Shown here: piece after piece, positions 20,505 through 30,779 of the stretch
How positions within the stretch are numbered: position 1 is the stretch's first letter
How the letters are laid out: each line of letters begins with the position of its first letter
Source: Burkholderiaceae bacterium
Lineage (GTDB): Bacteria > Pseudomonadota > Gammaproteobacteria > Burkholderiales > Burkholderiaceae_E
Length of the DNA stretch: 64,000 bases
Assembly (NCBI GenBank): GCA_044355655.1
Contig: JBIKXS010000008.1
Span: 23,054 to 87,053, forward strand
Direction: 5' to 3'
Program-made: the position numbers and the translations under genes
Notes under the pieces: model-generated
Database searches by the model: none
What the model saw: only the letters and a program-made list of their open reading frames with translations
Told to the model about the DNA's origin: nothing

Positions 20505-20780
20505 TCAGTGGTTGTCGGTGTAGGGTAGTAGTGCGAGAAAGCGCGCACGCTTGATGGCGTCGGTCAGCTGACGCTGATACTTCGCACTGGTCCCGGTAAG
20601 ACGAGCTGGAATAATCTTGCCTGTTTCAGTAATGAAATCCTTCAGCAGATCAACATCCTTATAGTCGACCCACTCCATTTTTTCGGCGGTGAAACGGCAA
20701 AATTTGCGCCGTTTAAAAAGCGCACCTTGGGTTGGGCGCTTCGGCTTGCGATCTTTCATGTTGCGACGTGTAAATGCCAT
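20505..20780 (-). CDS. rpsR: 30S ribosomal protein S18
   Basis: Contains ...[40 protein letters not shown].... The ATG at 20780 (MAFTRR) is preferred over 20795. Confidence 0.95.
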   Translation of the reverse strand: MAFTRRNMKDRKPKRPTQGALFKRRKFCRFTAEKMEWVDYKDVDLLKDFITETGKIIPARLTGTSAKYQRQLTDAIKRARFLALLPYTDNH

Positions 20781-20781
20781 G

Positions 20782-21054
20782 TCAATTTCCTTCAATGATC
20801 TTCATATCTTGAACATGCATACGCATACTTCGTGCATGCATCCGAATCGGTGCGATAAATCCTTCGAGTTGCAGCAAACTACCTAAGGGAAGACGACTCG
20901 CCTGAATCGCCAAGGCTTCGGTAAATCGCAATGTCATCTCAAACTGAACCTGGCGCGCTGCGCCTGCCTCGCTAACTTGCTCGTCGACCCTGCCAGAAGC
21001 GTCGAGAATTGCAACGCCTGCTGGGCTGTATCGAAGGGCCTGAATCGCCGTCAA
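20782..21054 (-). CDS. priB: primosomal replication protein N (PriB)
   Basis: About 90 aa, an OB-fold-sized ORF with a TTG start, lying between rpsF and rpsR as in other beta- and gammaproteobacteria. Confidence 0.75.
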   Translation of the reverse strand: MTAIQALRYSPAGVAILDASGRVDEQVSEAGAARQVQFEMTLRFTEALAIQASRLPLGSLLQLEGFIAPIRMHARSMRMHVQDMKIIEGN

Positions 21055-21105
21055 GCTAAGGCGAAGGCTCAGATGATTAACATGCCGCCCGATGAATCAA
21101 CTCGC

Positions 21106-21495
21106 TTATTCGCCTGTTTGCGCTGCCACAGCCTGCGGTACGGCCTCGACCACGCTACGACGCGACTCTTCGCGTTGAATCTGGCGCAACATTGGCGACT
21201 GACCAGTGTGTGCCTTCTTCATGCTCGTGGTCATGTGGCGCAACACGGCGTCATTAAAGCGAAAAGCATTTTCCAACTCAGCCAAACATGCCGGGGTGCA
21301 CTCAAGATTAAGCATCACATAGTGCGCTTTTGTCATTTTTGCAATCGCATAGGCTAGTTGACGTCGTCCCCAGTCCTCAATGCGATGAATCTTGCCTTGT
21401 TGCGATTCGACCATAGTTTTATAACGTTCGACCATGGCGGGTACCTGTTCGCTCTGATCAGGATGGATGATCAAGACGATTTCATAATGACGCAT
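21106..21495 (-). CDS. rpsF: 30S ribosomal protein S6
   Basis: 129 aa, [26 protein letters not shown]. Confidence 0.97.
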   Translation of the reverse strand: MRHYEIVLIIHPDQSEQVPAMVERYKTMVESQQGKIHRIEDWGRRQLAYAIAKMTKAHYVMLNLECTPACLAELENAFRFNDAVLRHMTTSMKKAHTGQSPMLRQIQREESRRSVVEAVPQAVAAQTGE

Positions 21496-21660
21496 CAGCT
21501 AGTTCTCCTTTTTGGTTAGTTTCCTTGCGGAATTCCCCATGGACCGCTGCGCAAGCAAAGAAGATAAACATTGCAAAATTGCAATGTGGCCGCCAGTGCC
21601 AAACGCAGAATGACCAGCCAAGACGCGCGTCGGGGCGCTTAGCCAGCGAGGAACCTGAAA

Positions 21661-22665
21661 TTATAACCCGGGAACCGGCGTTAATAAAGGAGCACCTTCT
21701 CGCCAGGCAAGAAGATTGCGCGCAGCCAGCATTGCCATCCCCAAACGCGACGACAGGGTTGCTGAGCCAATATGAGGCGTCAGCACAATATTGTCGCAGG
21801 CCAGTAAGGCAGGATGGACCGTTGGTTCACCTTCAAAGACATCAAGACCTGCCGCAGCGATACGCCCTTGTTTGAGTGCATCGGCAAGCGCTGCATCGTC
21901 AACGATCCCGCCTCGGGCAATATTAATTAAGGTAGCCGTCGATTTCATACCTTGAAGCTGCCCAGCACCGATCACATGATGGGTCGCTTGCGAATAAGGC
22001 AGTACGAGCATCACATGATCGGCGGTCGCAAGCAGTTCTTCCAGACTAAGTCTGCTCGCACCAAGCGCATCGGCCTGAGCGGACTCGCTTCGATTGTGAT
22101 AACAAATGCGCATTGAAAATCCCTGCGCCCTGCGGGCAATCGCGCAGCCGATCCGACCCATACCGACAATACCGAGCGTGGCACCATACAAATCGGCACC
22201 AAGGAACTGATCCCAGGCCCATCCCTTCCACGAGCCAGCGCGCAACCAGCGCTCAGACTCAGTCACCCGACGCGCAGTGGCCATAAGCAGCGCCCAGGCC
22301 ATATCGGCTGTTGCTTCAGTGAGTACGTCGGGCGTATTGGTAACGGGAATACCGCGCTCACGGCATGATCCAAGATCTATATGATTATAACCAACAGAAC
22401 CTGTAGCAATCATGCGCAATTGCGGTGCTGCCGCAATCACTGCGGCATCAATACGATCGGTCGCAACGGTATAAAGCGCATCCATCGGGGCAATATTTGC
22501 CCGCATTTGCTCAGGTCCCCAAGGTTCATCCGCATCGTTATGTTTGATTTCAAAATGCTCATTGAGTGCATCGAGTACCGCTGGAAAAACCCGCCGGGTA
22601 ATTAACAGACGTGGCTTTGATGATTGCGGTTCTTTTGATAAGGCATTCGAATCCTGATTTGACAT
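21661..22665 (-). CDS. D-isomer-specific 2-hydroxyacid dehydrogenase (glyoxylate/hydroxypyruvate reductase-like)
   Basis: 334 aa with the NAD motif GIVGMGRIGCAIARRA and the catalytic region ...INIARGGIVDD...LTPHIGSAT. Confidence 0.85.
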   Translation of the reverse strand: MSNQDSNALSKEPQSSKPRLLITRRVFPAVLDALNEHFEIKHNDADEPWGPEQMRANIAPMDALYTVATDRIDAAVIAAAPQLRMIATGSVGYNHIDLGSCRERGIPVTNTPDVLTEATADMAWALLMATARRVTESERWLRAGSWKGWAWDQFLGADLYGATLGIVGMGRIGCAIARRAQGFSMRICYHNRSESAQADALGASRLSLEELLATADHVMLVLPYSQATHHVIGAGQLQGMKSTATLINIARGGIVDDAALADALKQGRIAAAGLDVFEGEPTVHPALLACDNIVLTPHIGSATLSSRLGMAMLAARNLLAWREGAPLLTPVPGL

Positions 22666-22712
22666 GTGTTTACTCTTTAAGCGTTATCTTTAATCTCGTT
22701 AACTGCAAATGT

Positions 22713-23405
22713 TTAGCCAACGAGAATGATATGAACCCGATAAGGGCCGTGGGCACCCATCACGAGGGTCTGTTCGATATCGGCAGTTCGAGAAGGACCG
22801 GAGACAAGATTCATTGCACGCGGGGGTTCGCCGTACTGATCGCGCATCAAGGCAAAAGCGTCCTCATAATGCGGGACGATACGCTCGACCGACAGCAGGG
22901 CAATATGAGTCTCAGGTAGTAAATGGGTTGAGGCAGGCGTCTGCGCCGACGATAAGAGCATGATCGTGCCTGTCTCGGCAATGCCAGCAAAAGCTCCTCC
23001 AAGCCCCACCAAGTCGTCGCCACGAGGCGCCCTAAACTCGATATCAAGCACCGGAAGATCTGGTGAATTCGTACTAAAGTCAATATGAGAAAAGCTAGGC
23101 CATGCAGCAACATGCAGACTTAACTGCCTCGCTGCTAAGTATCGGGCAATTGCTTGAGGAACTTCGGACTCACCAGGCACACGGTCAAAAGTGCTCCCCA
23201 TACGTTGCGCCTGCATACAAAAGTGCTCGACAACATCAGCACCAATGCTTGGCCCCAGACCCCGCGGGTGTTCGTGCAGGTAGGCATCGCGATCCCTCGT
23301 GCGAGCAAGATCGGCAGGCGAGCCTTTGGCCGGATCGCCATGGCCTTGCGCCTGACGAATGCGTCGAAGGATCGATTGTCGGGCAAGTGAGGTATCGGGA
23401 ATCAT
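22713..23405 (-). CDS. LUD-domain protein (LutC/YkgG-like)
   Basis: The ATG at 23405 ([21 protein letters not shown]) overlaps the pncB stop. The size and N-terminal motif resemble LutC-family proteins. No lutA or lutB genes are adjacent. Confidence 0.55.
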   Translation of the reverse strand: MIPDTSLARQSILRRIRQAQGHGDPAKGSPADLARTRDRDAYLHEHPRGLGPSIGADVVEHFCMQAQRMGSTFDRVPGESEVPQAIARYLAARQLSLHVAAWPSFSHIDFSTNSPDLPVLDIEFRAPRGDDLVGLGGAFAGIAETGTIMLLSSAQTPASTHLLPETHIALLSVERIVPHYEDAFALMRDQYGEPPRAMNLVSGPSRTADIEQTLVMGAHGPYRVHIILVG

Positions 23406-24595
23406 GCGGTTTCCTTTGCCTCCTGGGGAAGCGGAATGCCAAAAACCTGGCACAGGTAACCCAGATAGGCCTCATCGTCACACATATTTTTAGCAGGCGT
23501 ATCGGATAACTTAGCAACAGGCTGTCCATTACAGCGGACCATTTTCATAACGATTTGGAGCGGTACATAACCCAGATCGTTCGTTAGATTAGTACCAACA
23601 CCAAAGGCAATCTTACTTCGCTCATGGAAACGCTTATAAAGTTCGATCAACACCGGGAAGGTTAAGCCGTCAGAAAAGACCAGAGTTTTTGTTTTTGGAT
23701 CAATGCGGCGTTGCTCATAGTGCGCAATCATCCGCTCCCCCCAATGAAAGGGATCGCCGGAATCATGCCGCGCACCATCAAACAACTTGCAAAAGTACAA
23801 GTCAAAATCGTTCAAAAACGCATCAAGGCCGTATACATCGGATAGAGCAATCCCGAGATCACCTCGGTACTCGCGCGCCCAGGTTTCAAAACCGTAAATT
23901 TGCGAGTCGCGCAAACGTGGTCCCAGGGCTTGGCAGGCCTGTAAGTATTCGTGCGCCATGGTACCGAGCGGGGTCATGCCGTGCTTCATGGCATAAAACA
24001 CATTTGACGTGCCCACAAAATGCGGCCCCAGTGCAGTTTTTAAACTTAGCAGAACCTCTTCGTGCCATAGCCTAGAAAACCGACGCCTAGTTCCGTAATC
24101 GGCTAGGGTAAGACCGTCCAAGACCGGATCTTCGCGGATCAAACGGGACTTTTCGATTAAACGCCTTCTGCCCTCAGTGTAGTCAGGCATGGGGTGCATA
24201 CGCCTGAAATAGAGCTCATTGATAATTGCCAGTACTGGGATCTCAAACAAGATCGTGTGCAACCAGGGGCCTTCTACCGTCATGTCGAGTTCGCCAGAAT
24301 CGAGCCCCTTAATTTCGATCCATCGCGGATTCATTTGAAAAAGGGCAAGAAAATCAACGAAGTCACTCTTGATGAAGCGAAGACTGCGCAAATATTCAAG
24401 TTCGCGTTCACGAAATCGCAAGCTGCACAAGGCATTGATTTCGTCGCGGATCTCATCAATGAGCGGGCGAAAATCAACGCCAGGTGTACGGCACTTGAAG
24501 CGATACTGAACCTGAGCACCCGGAAAGTGGTGAAGCACCACTTGCATCATGGTGAACTTATAAAGATCTGTATCGAGTAATGATGAGATGATCAT
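23402..24595 (-). CDS. pncB: nicotinate phosphoribosyltransferase
   Basis: 397 aa, [25 protein letters not shown]...GTMAHE.... Confidence 0.92.
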   Translation of the reverse strand: MIISSLLDTDLYKFTMMQVVLHHFPGAQVQYRFKCRTPGVDFRPLIDEIRDEINALCSLRFRERELEYLRSLRFIKSDFVDFLALFQMNPRWIEIKGLDSGELDMTVEGPWLHTILFEIPVLAIINELYFRRMHPMPDYTEGRRRLIEKSRLIREDPVLDGLTLADYGTRRRFSRLWHEEVLLSLKTALGPHFVGTSNVFYAMKHGMTPLGTMAHEYLQACQALGPRLRDSQIYGFETWAREYRGDLGIALSDVYGLDAFLNDFDLYFCKLFDGARHDSGDPFHWGERMIAHYEQRRIDPKTKTLVFSDGLTFPVLIELYKRFHERSKIAFGVGTNLTNDLGYVPLQIVMKMVRCNGQPVAKLSDTPAKNMCDDEAYLGYLCQVFGIPLPQEAKETA

Positions 24596-24685
24596 GCCAA
24601 GATTCTAACGACAGTATGAAGCGGCGTCAGCTTTACTTTACAGTTCGGCTAGAATTCAACGATTCTGGTCAAACGAGGTCTACCG

Positions 24686-25012
24686 ATGACGCACGTCGTA
24701 ATGGAATCTTGCATCCGCTGCCGCTACACCGATTGTGTGGATGTTTGCCCGGTTGATTGCTTCAGGGAAGGACCCAATATGCTGGTCATCGATCCCGATG
24801 AGTGCATTGATTGCGCCGTTTGTATTCCCGAGTGTCCTGTAGATGCGATTCGTGCCGAAGAAGATGTGCCCCCAGACCAGGAACACATGATCAAACTCAA
24901 CCTTGAGCTTTCAAAAGGCGGATGGCCAAGCATCACGCGAGCAAAAGGTGCTCTCCCCGATGCCGAGGATTGGAAAGACAAATCCGGAAAACTCGCCGAA
25001 CTGAAACGCTAA
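24686..25012 (+). CDS. fdxA: 7Fe ferredoxin (FdxA type)
   Basis: 108 aa, [26 protein letters not shown]...[12 protein letters not shown]. Confidence 0.92.
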   Translation: MTHVVMESCIRCRYTDCVDVCPVDCFREGPNMLVIDPDECIDCAVCIPECPVDAIRAEEDVPPDQEHMIKLNLELSKGGWPSITRAKGALPDAEDWKDKSGKLAELKR

Positions 25013-25027
25013 CAAGGACACAGCACC

Positions 25028-26293
25028 ATGCTTTATCAATGGCGGGAAGCACAGCGGGCCTTTTTGCAGCCACTTTCAGATTGGGCTTTGTCGGCATCTC
25101 AAATGTATGCCAACCCCTACAGCCCTTTGGCGCACATTCCTGGTGCTGCGCGTGTCTCAGCGGGTCTCGAGCTTATGCATCGTCTGGGCAAAGAATACGA
25201 AAAGCCCCCTTTCGACATTAAAAACGTCATGATCGAGGGCGAAGAAGTGCCGATCATTGAACGTTGCGTACTCAATAAGCCGTTTTGTAAATTAATACGA
25301 TTTGAACGCTTGCTCCCGAAGTCGTTGGGCCATCGTGAGAATGATCCCTCGGTTTTGATGTTTGCGCCGCTATCGGGACACCACGCAACCTTGCTGCGCG
25401 ATACCGTCCGTACCATGCTGCCCGATCACAATGTTTACATCACCGATTGGGTTGACGCTCGAATGGTGCCCCTTGCAGCTGGCAATTTTCACCTTAACGA
25501 CTATGTAAATTATTGCATCGAATTTTTCAGGCTTCTCGGTCCCGAGGTTCACTCGATGTCGGTTTGTCAGCCCACGGTGCCAGTGATGGCTGCCATCAGT
25601 TTGATGTGTTCGCTTAACGACAAAGCGCGCCCGCTTAGTATGACCATGATGGGTGGGCCGATTGACTCAAGGCGTAGCCCTACCACCGTTAACCAATATG
25701 CAACAGACCGACCTTTTGCCTGGTTTGAAAACAATGTGATTTTTCGCGTGCCTGGCAAATACCCGGGTGCGGGGCGTCGGGTTTACCCAGGCTTTTTGCA
25801 GCACGCGGGCTTTATCGCCATGAACCCTGATCGTCACGCAACCTCGCATTGGGATTTTTACGAAAGCCTCGTGCGTGGCGACATGGAAGACGCTGAGCAG
25901 CACCGCCGTTTTTATGATGAGTACAACGCTGTACTCGATATGCCAGCCGAATATTATCTTGACACCATTCAAACGGTGTTTCAGGCACACAAACTTCCCC
26001 ACGGTACCTGGGAGGTTATTGTTGATGGCAAAAAATTGAAGGTCGACCCAAAAGCGATTCGCGATGTACCGCTATTCACCATCGAAGGCGAGCTTGACGA
26101 TATCTCGGGTTCTGGCCAAACCGAGGCGGCCCATGGCCTAACACCCAATCTTGCCCCAGCGCACAAGCAGCACCATGTAGCAAAGGGTGCAGGTCACTAT
26201 GGCATTTTCAGCGGAAGGCGCTGGCGCGAGTTGATTTACCCTCAGGTTCGGGATTTCATCGTTGCGCATCCCGGCCGCATCAAAACGCGCTAA
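25028..26293 (+). CDS. phaZ: intracellular polyhydroxyalkanoate depolymerase (PhaZ, TIGR01849-like)
   Basis: 421 aa with the MLYQWREAQRAFLQP N-terminus and an overall alpha/beta-hydrolase layout, recognised from memory of the family. Confidence 0.75.
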   Translation: MLYQWREAQRAFLQPLSDWALSASQMYANPYSPLAHIPGAARVSAGLELMHRLGKEYEKPPFDIKNVMIEGEEVPIIERCVLNKPFCKLIRFERLLPKSLGHRENDPSVLMFAPLSGHHATLLRDTVRTMLPDHNVYITDWVDARMVPLAAGNFHLNDYVNYCIEFFRLLGPEVHSMSVCQPTVPVMAAISLMCSLNDKARPLSMTMMGGPIDSRRSPTTVNQYATDRPFAWFENNVIFRVPGKYPGAGRRVYPGFLQHAGFIAMNPDRHATSHWDFYESLVRGDMEDAEQHRRFYDEYNAVLDMPAEYYLDTIQTVFQAHKLPHGTWEVIVDGKKLKVDPKAIRDVPLFTIEGELDDISGSGQTEAAHGLTPNLAPAHKQHHVAKGAGHYGIFSGRRWRELIYPQVRDFIVAHPGRIKTR

Positions 26294-26310
26294 AGCCGGG
26301 CGGGTCCAAG

Positions 26311-26949
26311 ATGGATCTTGCTGAGGCAATCAATCAGATCCTTCCTCAAACCCAGTGCACCCGTTGCGGCTACCCAGCCTGTAAACCCTATGCGCAAGCA
26401 ATTGCTCATGGCTTGGCTGATATCAATCGTTGCCCACCCGGGGGACAAAAAGGCATCGAGGCGCTCTCGCAACTGACAGGCCGGAGCGTCAAGCCGCTAG
26501 ACCCTGACTGTGGTAACGAGCAAAGCCTGCGCTTTGCTTGGGTTGTGGCCGAGGATTGCATCGGTTGCACCAAATGCATCATCGCCTGTCCGGTTGATGC
26601 GATTTTAGGCGGTCCACAACGTTTACACGCAGTGATCGCCGAACGGTGCACAGGCTGTGAACTTTGCCTGCCTCCCTGCCCTGTTGACTGTATCGAGATG
26701 CGGCCATGGCAGCCCGAACGCGAATGGACCGCGGCAGACGCTCAGCAAGCCAGAGTCCGTTTTGAGCATCGCGCCGAGCGAATAAGAAGGCAAGAAGAGG
26801 AAGGCCTTCGCTATCAACTCGAAAAAGCCCACGTCAAGCGCCAGTCGGATGCGGCATCCACCCCTCGAGCGCGCGCAATCATCGATGCAGCTATCGCCCG
26901 AGCGAAGGAAAAGCAAGATAGTTTAGGCAGGAAAGCTCACGGACGATGA
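26311..26949 (+). CDS. RnfB-like 4Fe-4S ferredoxin
   Basis: 212 aa with an N-terminal CTRCGYPAC cluster and two CxxCxxCxxxCP motifs. It sits upstream of nth, overlapping it by 4 nt. Confidence 0.8.
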   Translation: MDLAEAINQILPQTQCTRCGYPACKPYAQAIAHGLADINRCPPGGQKGIEALSQLTGRSVKPLDPDCGNEQSLRFAWVVAEDCIGCTKCIIACPVDAILGGPQRLHAVIAERCTGCELCLPPCPVDCIEMRPWQPEREWTAADAQQARVRFEHRAERIRRQEEEGLRYQLEKAHVKRQSDAASTPRARAIIDAAIARAKEKQDSLGRKAHGR

Positions 26950-27752
26950 ATAAGGCTAAACGACGTGAGATGTTTGAGCGCTGGCGCGCAGCCAACCCTC
27001 ATCCTCAAACCGAGCTGAACTGGCGCAATCCCTTTGAATTATTGATCGCAGTGATCCTTTCGGCCCAGGCCACCGATAAGAGCGTGAATCTGGGCACACG
27101 AGGCTTATTTGCCGAGGCGCCTGATCCTGCCTCGATGCTCAAGCTCGGCGAGGCTGGTCTCATCAAACACATCAAACACATTGGTTTGTACCAATCCAAA
27201 GCCAAGCATGTTTTAGAAACCTGCGCCATGTTGCTCGAGCATCACGATGGTGAGGTGCCGCGCGAGCGCGAAGCATTAGAGGCGCTCGCAGGTGTTGGCA
27301 GAAAAACCGCGAACGTCGTGCTCAACACAGCCTTTGGCCAGGCCACGATGGCAGTCGACACCCATATTTTTCGGGTCGCCAATCGAACAGGTTTGGCCCC
27401 CGGTAAAGATGTTCTGGCAGTCGAAATGAAACTGCTGCGCTTCATCGAAGCCGAGTTTTTACATGATGCCCATCACTGGCTGATCCTGCATGGGCGCTAT
27501 GTGTGTAAAGCGCGAAAGCCCGATTGCCCGACATGCATGGTGGCGGACTTGTGTGATATGAAAAATAAAACAAAGGTCGAGGCTTTGATCCAAACCGCGC
27601 AGAAGAAATCGGCCCCAGGCCAAACTCAAGCTCAGGCCAAGCTCGCACCAAGCTCAGACCAAGCTCAGACCAAGCTCAGACCAAGCACGGACCAAGCTCG
27701 GGCCAAACTCAAGCCAAGCAATCGACGCGATCTTCGTCAAAGCAATCGATGA
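26946..27752 (+). CDS. nth: endonuclease III with a C-terminal repeat extension of about 55 aa
   Basis: HhH-GPD core (LAGVGRKTANVVL) and the FeS loop CKARKPDCPTCMVADLC end near residue 200. They are followed by 3 x 11-aa repeats: QAQAKLAPSSD / QAQTKLRPSTD / QARAKLKPSNR. Confidence 0.9.
   Translation: MNKAKRREMFERWRAANPHPQTELNWRNPFELLIAVILSAQATDKSVNLGTRGLFAEAPDPASMLKLGEAGLIKHIKHIGLYQSKAKHVLETCAMLLEHHDGEVPREREALEALAGVGRKTANVVLNTAFGQATMAVDTHIFRVANRTGLAPGKDVLAVEMKLLRFIEAEFLHDAHHWLILHGRYVCKARKPDCPTCMVADLCDMKNKTKVEALIQTAQKKSAPGQTQAQAKLAPSSDQAQTKLRPSTDQARAKLKPSNRRDLRQSNR
27620..27724. repeat. 11-bp tandem repeat array (CCAAGCTCAGA-like, about 9 units) inside the nth 3' end
   Basis: Units at 27637, 27648, 27659, 27670, 27681, 27692, 27703 and 27714, three of them identical. 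Three 11-bp units equal one 11-aa protein repeat. Confidence 0.9.
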
Positions 27753-27808
27753 CAGCCAAAATAAGATCTCTTAATCGGTCAGATTCCTGATTACAGCGCT
27801 GAGATCAC

Positions 27809-28240
27809 ATGCTATTTAATCCTAGTTCTGCCGACGTCCGACGCTTTTTTTGTGATGCCTGGTTACGCAACCAGCAAGGACAACCATGCGAACCGCTGCA
27901 AGTGCTGGCGGCATCCTGGTGCACCGAACATCCTGAGTATCACGTACTGCTCGAGCAACCCGATCGCGCAGTCGGAGAGGCCTTTCGTCCCGAATCGGGT
28001 CACGAAAACCCCTTCTTGCACTTGTCAATGCACCTTGCTATCGAAGAACAGATCGGCGCTGACCAACCGCCAGGGATTCGTAAAGCTTGGCAATCGCTTC
28101 TGCTCAGGGCACACGGCGATCGCCACAAGGCAGCGCACGAAGCTATGGAGTGCCTAGGACTTGTCCTTTGGGACGCGCAACGTCAAAAGCGTATGCCCGA
28201 TACCGATGCCTACCTCGAGTGTTTAAAGCGTCGCGGGTAG
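27809..28240 (+). CDS. DUF1841 family protein
   Basis: 143 aa with RRFFCDAW...NPFLHLSMHLAIEEQ, recognised from memory of the family. Confidence 0.6.
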   Translation: MLFNPSSADVRRFFCDAWLRNQQGQPCEPLQVLAASWCTEHPEYHVLLEQPDRAVGEAFRPESGHENPFLHLSMHLAIEEQIGADQPPGIRKAWQSLLLRAHGDRHKAAHEAMECLGLVLWDAQRQKRMPDTDAYLECLKRRG

Positions 28241-28310
28241 GCTCGAGCCTGCGAGGACTGGTCTGGTGATTTAAGATGACGGACTTGTGACAGCTTTAAG
28301 GCGCTCCGCC

Positions 28311-28946
28311 ATGTTTTCTCGCCTCATGCCGGCTGACGGCAACTTTTTTGAACACTTTGACAAACTCGCAGCCCAGGTGGTTGAGGGTAATAAGGTCCTT
28401 GTCGAACTGCTTCACCGTTTCGACGACCTGGCAGCTCGCAAGCAATTGATCGCCAAGGTGGACGACATCGAGAAATCGGCAGACAAAACCACACTCGATA
28501 CAATTGCCATGGCGCACAAGACTTTTGTCACGCCGATCGATCGGGATCAGATCCACACCCTGGTCAATGGACTCGACGATGTGCTTGATCTGGTTCAGGA
28601 TGTCGCCGAAGCCGTGGTGCTCTATGACTTGCAAAGCGTCACCAAGGAAGCGGTGCAATTGGCGGAACTGGGCTTAATGTCGGCCGAGCGATTGCGTCAT
28701 GCTGTAAAGCTCATGTCGAACTGGGATAACGCGCGCTCGATCCTGCAAACCTGCGAGGAAATCGATCGCCTCGAGTCGGATGCCGATCGGGTGATGCGGG
28801 CCGCTATGTCCAAGCTTTTCCGCGACGAGGAAAATGCCAAGCAAGTTATCAAAATGAAGGCAGTCTACGAACTTCTCGAAGAACTCACCGATAAGTGTAA
28901 AGACGCAGCGAAAATCGTCGAAGTCGTCGTGCTCGACCACGCTTGA
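28311..28946 (+). CDS. DUF47 / PhoU-like Pit accessory protein
   Basis: MFSRLMPADGNFFEHFDKLA is the typical family start, so the ATG at 28311 is preferred over the GTG at 28287. It overlaps the pit gene by 4 nt. Confidence 0.8.
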   Translation: MFSRLMPADGNFFEHFDKLAAQVVEGNKVLVELLHRFDDLAARKQLIAKVDDIEKSADKTTLDTIAMAHKTFVTPIDRDQIHTLVNGLDDVLDLVQDVAEAVVLYDLQSVTKEAVQLAELGLMSAERLRHAVKLMSNWDNARSILQTCEEIDRLESDADRVMRAAMSKLFRDEENAKQVIKMKAVYELLEELTDKCKDAAKIVEVVVLDHA

Positions 28947-29950
28947 TGGACCCTTTAAGCATGTCAATGACAGTGCTGATTAGCCTGATTGCACTGGCAT
29001 TGTTTTTTGATTTCATCAATGGTTTTCACGATGCGGCAAATTCGATTGCTACGATTGTTACCACGGGCGTGTTAAAGCCATTTCAAGCGGTGCTCTGGGC
29101 GGCAAGCTTCAACATGCTTGCCATTTTCTTTTTTGAACTGAAAGTTGCTGCAACCGTCGGAAAAGGAATTATCGATCCTTCTTTTATTGATCACGTTATT
29201 ATTTTCGGAGCGTTAAGTGGTGCTATCTCGTGGAATTTGATCACTTGGTGGCTGGGCATTCCATCTAGCTCTTCGCATGCCCTCATCGGAGGCATGATCG
29301 GTGCTGCGATGCTGAAAACTGGCCCGGTAGCCCTACTTGGCAGTGGTATTGCCAAAACCCTCGTTTTTATTCTTGTCGCGCCCTTGCTTGGGTTTTTATT
29401 GTCGAGTCTGATTGTTGTCGCGACAGCCTGGCTGCTTCGAGGCACAACCCCGCGCAGAGTGGACCGCTGGTTTCGAAGGCTTCAGTTGATTTCCTCTGGC
29501 CTTTACAGCCTCGGACACGGCGCCAATGATGCGCAAAAGACCATGGGCATCATCTGGCTGCTGCTGATTTCTGCCAACATCACAAGTCGCGATCACCTCC
29601 CTTCGTGGGTGATTTGGTCGGCCTATCTTGCCATTGGCCTTGGCACGCTTTTCGGTGGCTGGCGTATTGTTAAGACGATGGGGCAAGGCATCACGCGACT
29701 CAAGCCAGTCGGAGGCTTTGCGGCGGAGACAGGAGGGGCGATGAGTCTCTTCATTGCTTCGGGTTTTGGCATTCCAGTTTCTACAACCCATACCATTACA
29801 GGATCGATTGTAGGCGTTGGGGCTGCTGATAGGATGAGTGCTGTTCGCTGGGCTGTGGCGGGACGAATCGTTTGGGCATGGATTGTCACCATTCCTGCAG
29901 CGGGGATGCTGGCTGCAATTGCCTGCCTTGCAGGTTCGAAATTTTTATAA
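28943..29950 (+). CDS. inorganic phosphate transporter, PiT family
   Basis: 335 aa with FDFINGFHDAANSIAT and GANDAQKTMG signature repeats. Confidence 0.9.
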   Translation: MMDPLSMSMTVLISLIALALFFDFINGFHDAANSIATIVTTGVLKPFQAVLWAASFNMLAIFFFELKVAATVGKGIIDPSFIDHVIIFGALSGAISWNLITWWLGIPSSSSHALIGGMIGAAMLKTGPVALLGSGIAKTLVFILVAPLLGFLLSSLIVVATAWLLRGTTPRRVDRWFRRLQLISSGLYSLGHGANDAQKTMGIIWLLLISANITSRDHLPSWVIWSAYLAIGLGTLFGGWRIVKTMGQGITRLKPVGGFAAETGGAMSLFIASGFGIPVSTTHTITGSIVGVGAADRMSAVRWAVAGRIVWAWIVTIPAAGMLAAIACLAGSKFL

Positions 29951-29968
29951 ACTAAGTGCGAGCTTTTT

Positions 29969-30664
29969 GTGCTCATGGATCGATCGACCCAATGGCTAGA
30001 GCTACCCCCCATTACCCAAGGGATAAAGCCAAACCGTTTATTGATTTTTTTGCCAGGCGAAAGCAGTGCAGAATTATTCACGCCTGTTGCGATCGCATGG
30101 CAACTTAAGTTTCCAAGCGCGATTTGCATCATCTTGCAACCTCCGCTTCGCAACTCGCTTTGGTGGGGAAAAGGTCACAGCCGCCGCGACGCGGCGCCGG
30201 CCTGCGCCCGCGAGGTTGCGCGTAACGTTCAGCATCATCAACAAGCATTCGGCCTGCTAGCCTCTCAGACCGCGCTAATTGGCTTTTCGCAGGGTGGAAC
30301 TGTGGCACTGGAACTGGCCCGAAGAACAAGGCCGGAACCTGACGCTGATGCCACAGGCCTAGAATTGCCGGTTTGCAGTATCGTCGTCGCTTACGCGGCT
30401 CAACTAGCACGACCGCTGAGCGCTCGCGAAAGCGTTGTGTGCTCGGTTCATCTGATACACGGCGATCTGGATCATCGTGTGCCCTCGATTTATGGGCAAC
30501 AAGCTTACAAAAGCCTGAAAGCCGCCGGCGCTGATGTGACATTGGACTTACTTGCCGATTCAACGCATACGATTGGACAAGATGGCGTTATTGTTGGCAC
30601 GATGCGCGCCATGCAGAGTATTTTCCGTGGTCGACGCAAAGGGCAGGTACCCACACTGCATTAA
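29969..30664 (+). CDS. alpha/beta hydrolase, phospholipase/carboxylesterase family
   Basis: 231 aa with a GFSQGG nucleophile elbow, then HGDLD, then a distal His (DSTHTI). An ATG alternative lies at 29975. Confidence 0.75.
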   Translation: MLMDRSTQWLELPPITQGIKPNRLLIFLPGESSAELFTPVAIAWQLKFPSAICIILQPPLRNSLWWGKGHSRRDAAPACAREVARNVQHHQQAFGLLASQTALIGFSQGGTVALELARRTRPEPDADATGLELPVCSIVVAYAAQLARPLSARESVVCSVHLIHGDLDHRVPSIYGQQAYKSLKAAGADVTLDLLADSTHTIGQDGVIVGTMRAMQSIFRGRRKGQVPTLH

Positions 30665-30695
30665 GTGTGGTTTTCATGTCCTTGTAGGCATGTCG

Positions 30696-30745
30696 TTGTG
30701 GTTCGGTTATTGCTCAATTGTGGTTCGGTTATTGCTAAATTGTGA
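30696..30745. repeat. 22-bp tandem repeat, 2.3 units
   Basis: ttgtggttcggttattgctcaa (30696-30717), ttgtggttcggttattgctaaa (30718-30739), then ttgtga.... Confidence 0.9.
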
Positions 30746-30779
30746 TTTAGTCAACGTTCAGATTCTCGAGGAGATTCCC

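Noticed and set aside
30552-30779. 76-codon N-terminal extension of the thiolase ORF
   Set aside because: It reads through the 22-bp tandem repeat. The canonical thiolase start MSREVVVV has its own GAGGAG Shine-Dalgarno sequence at 30780.
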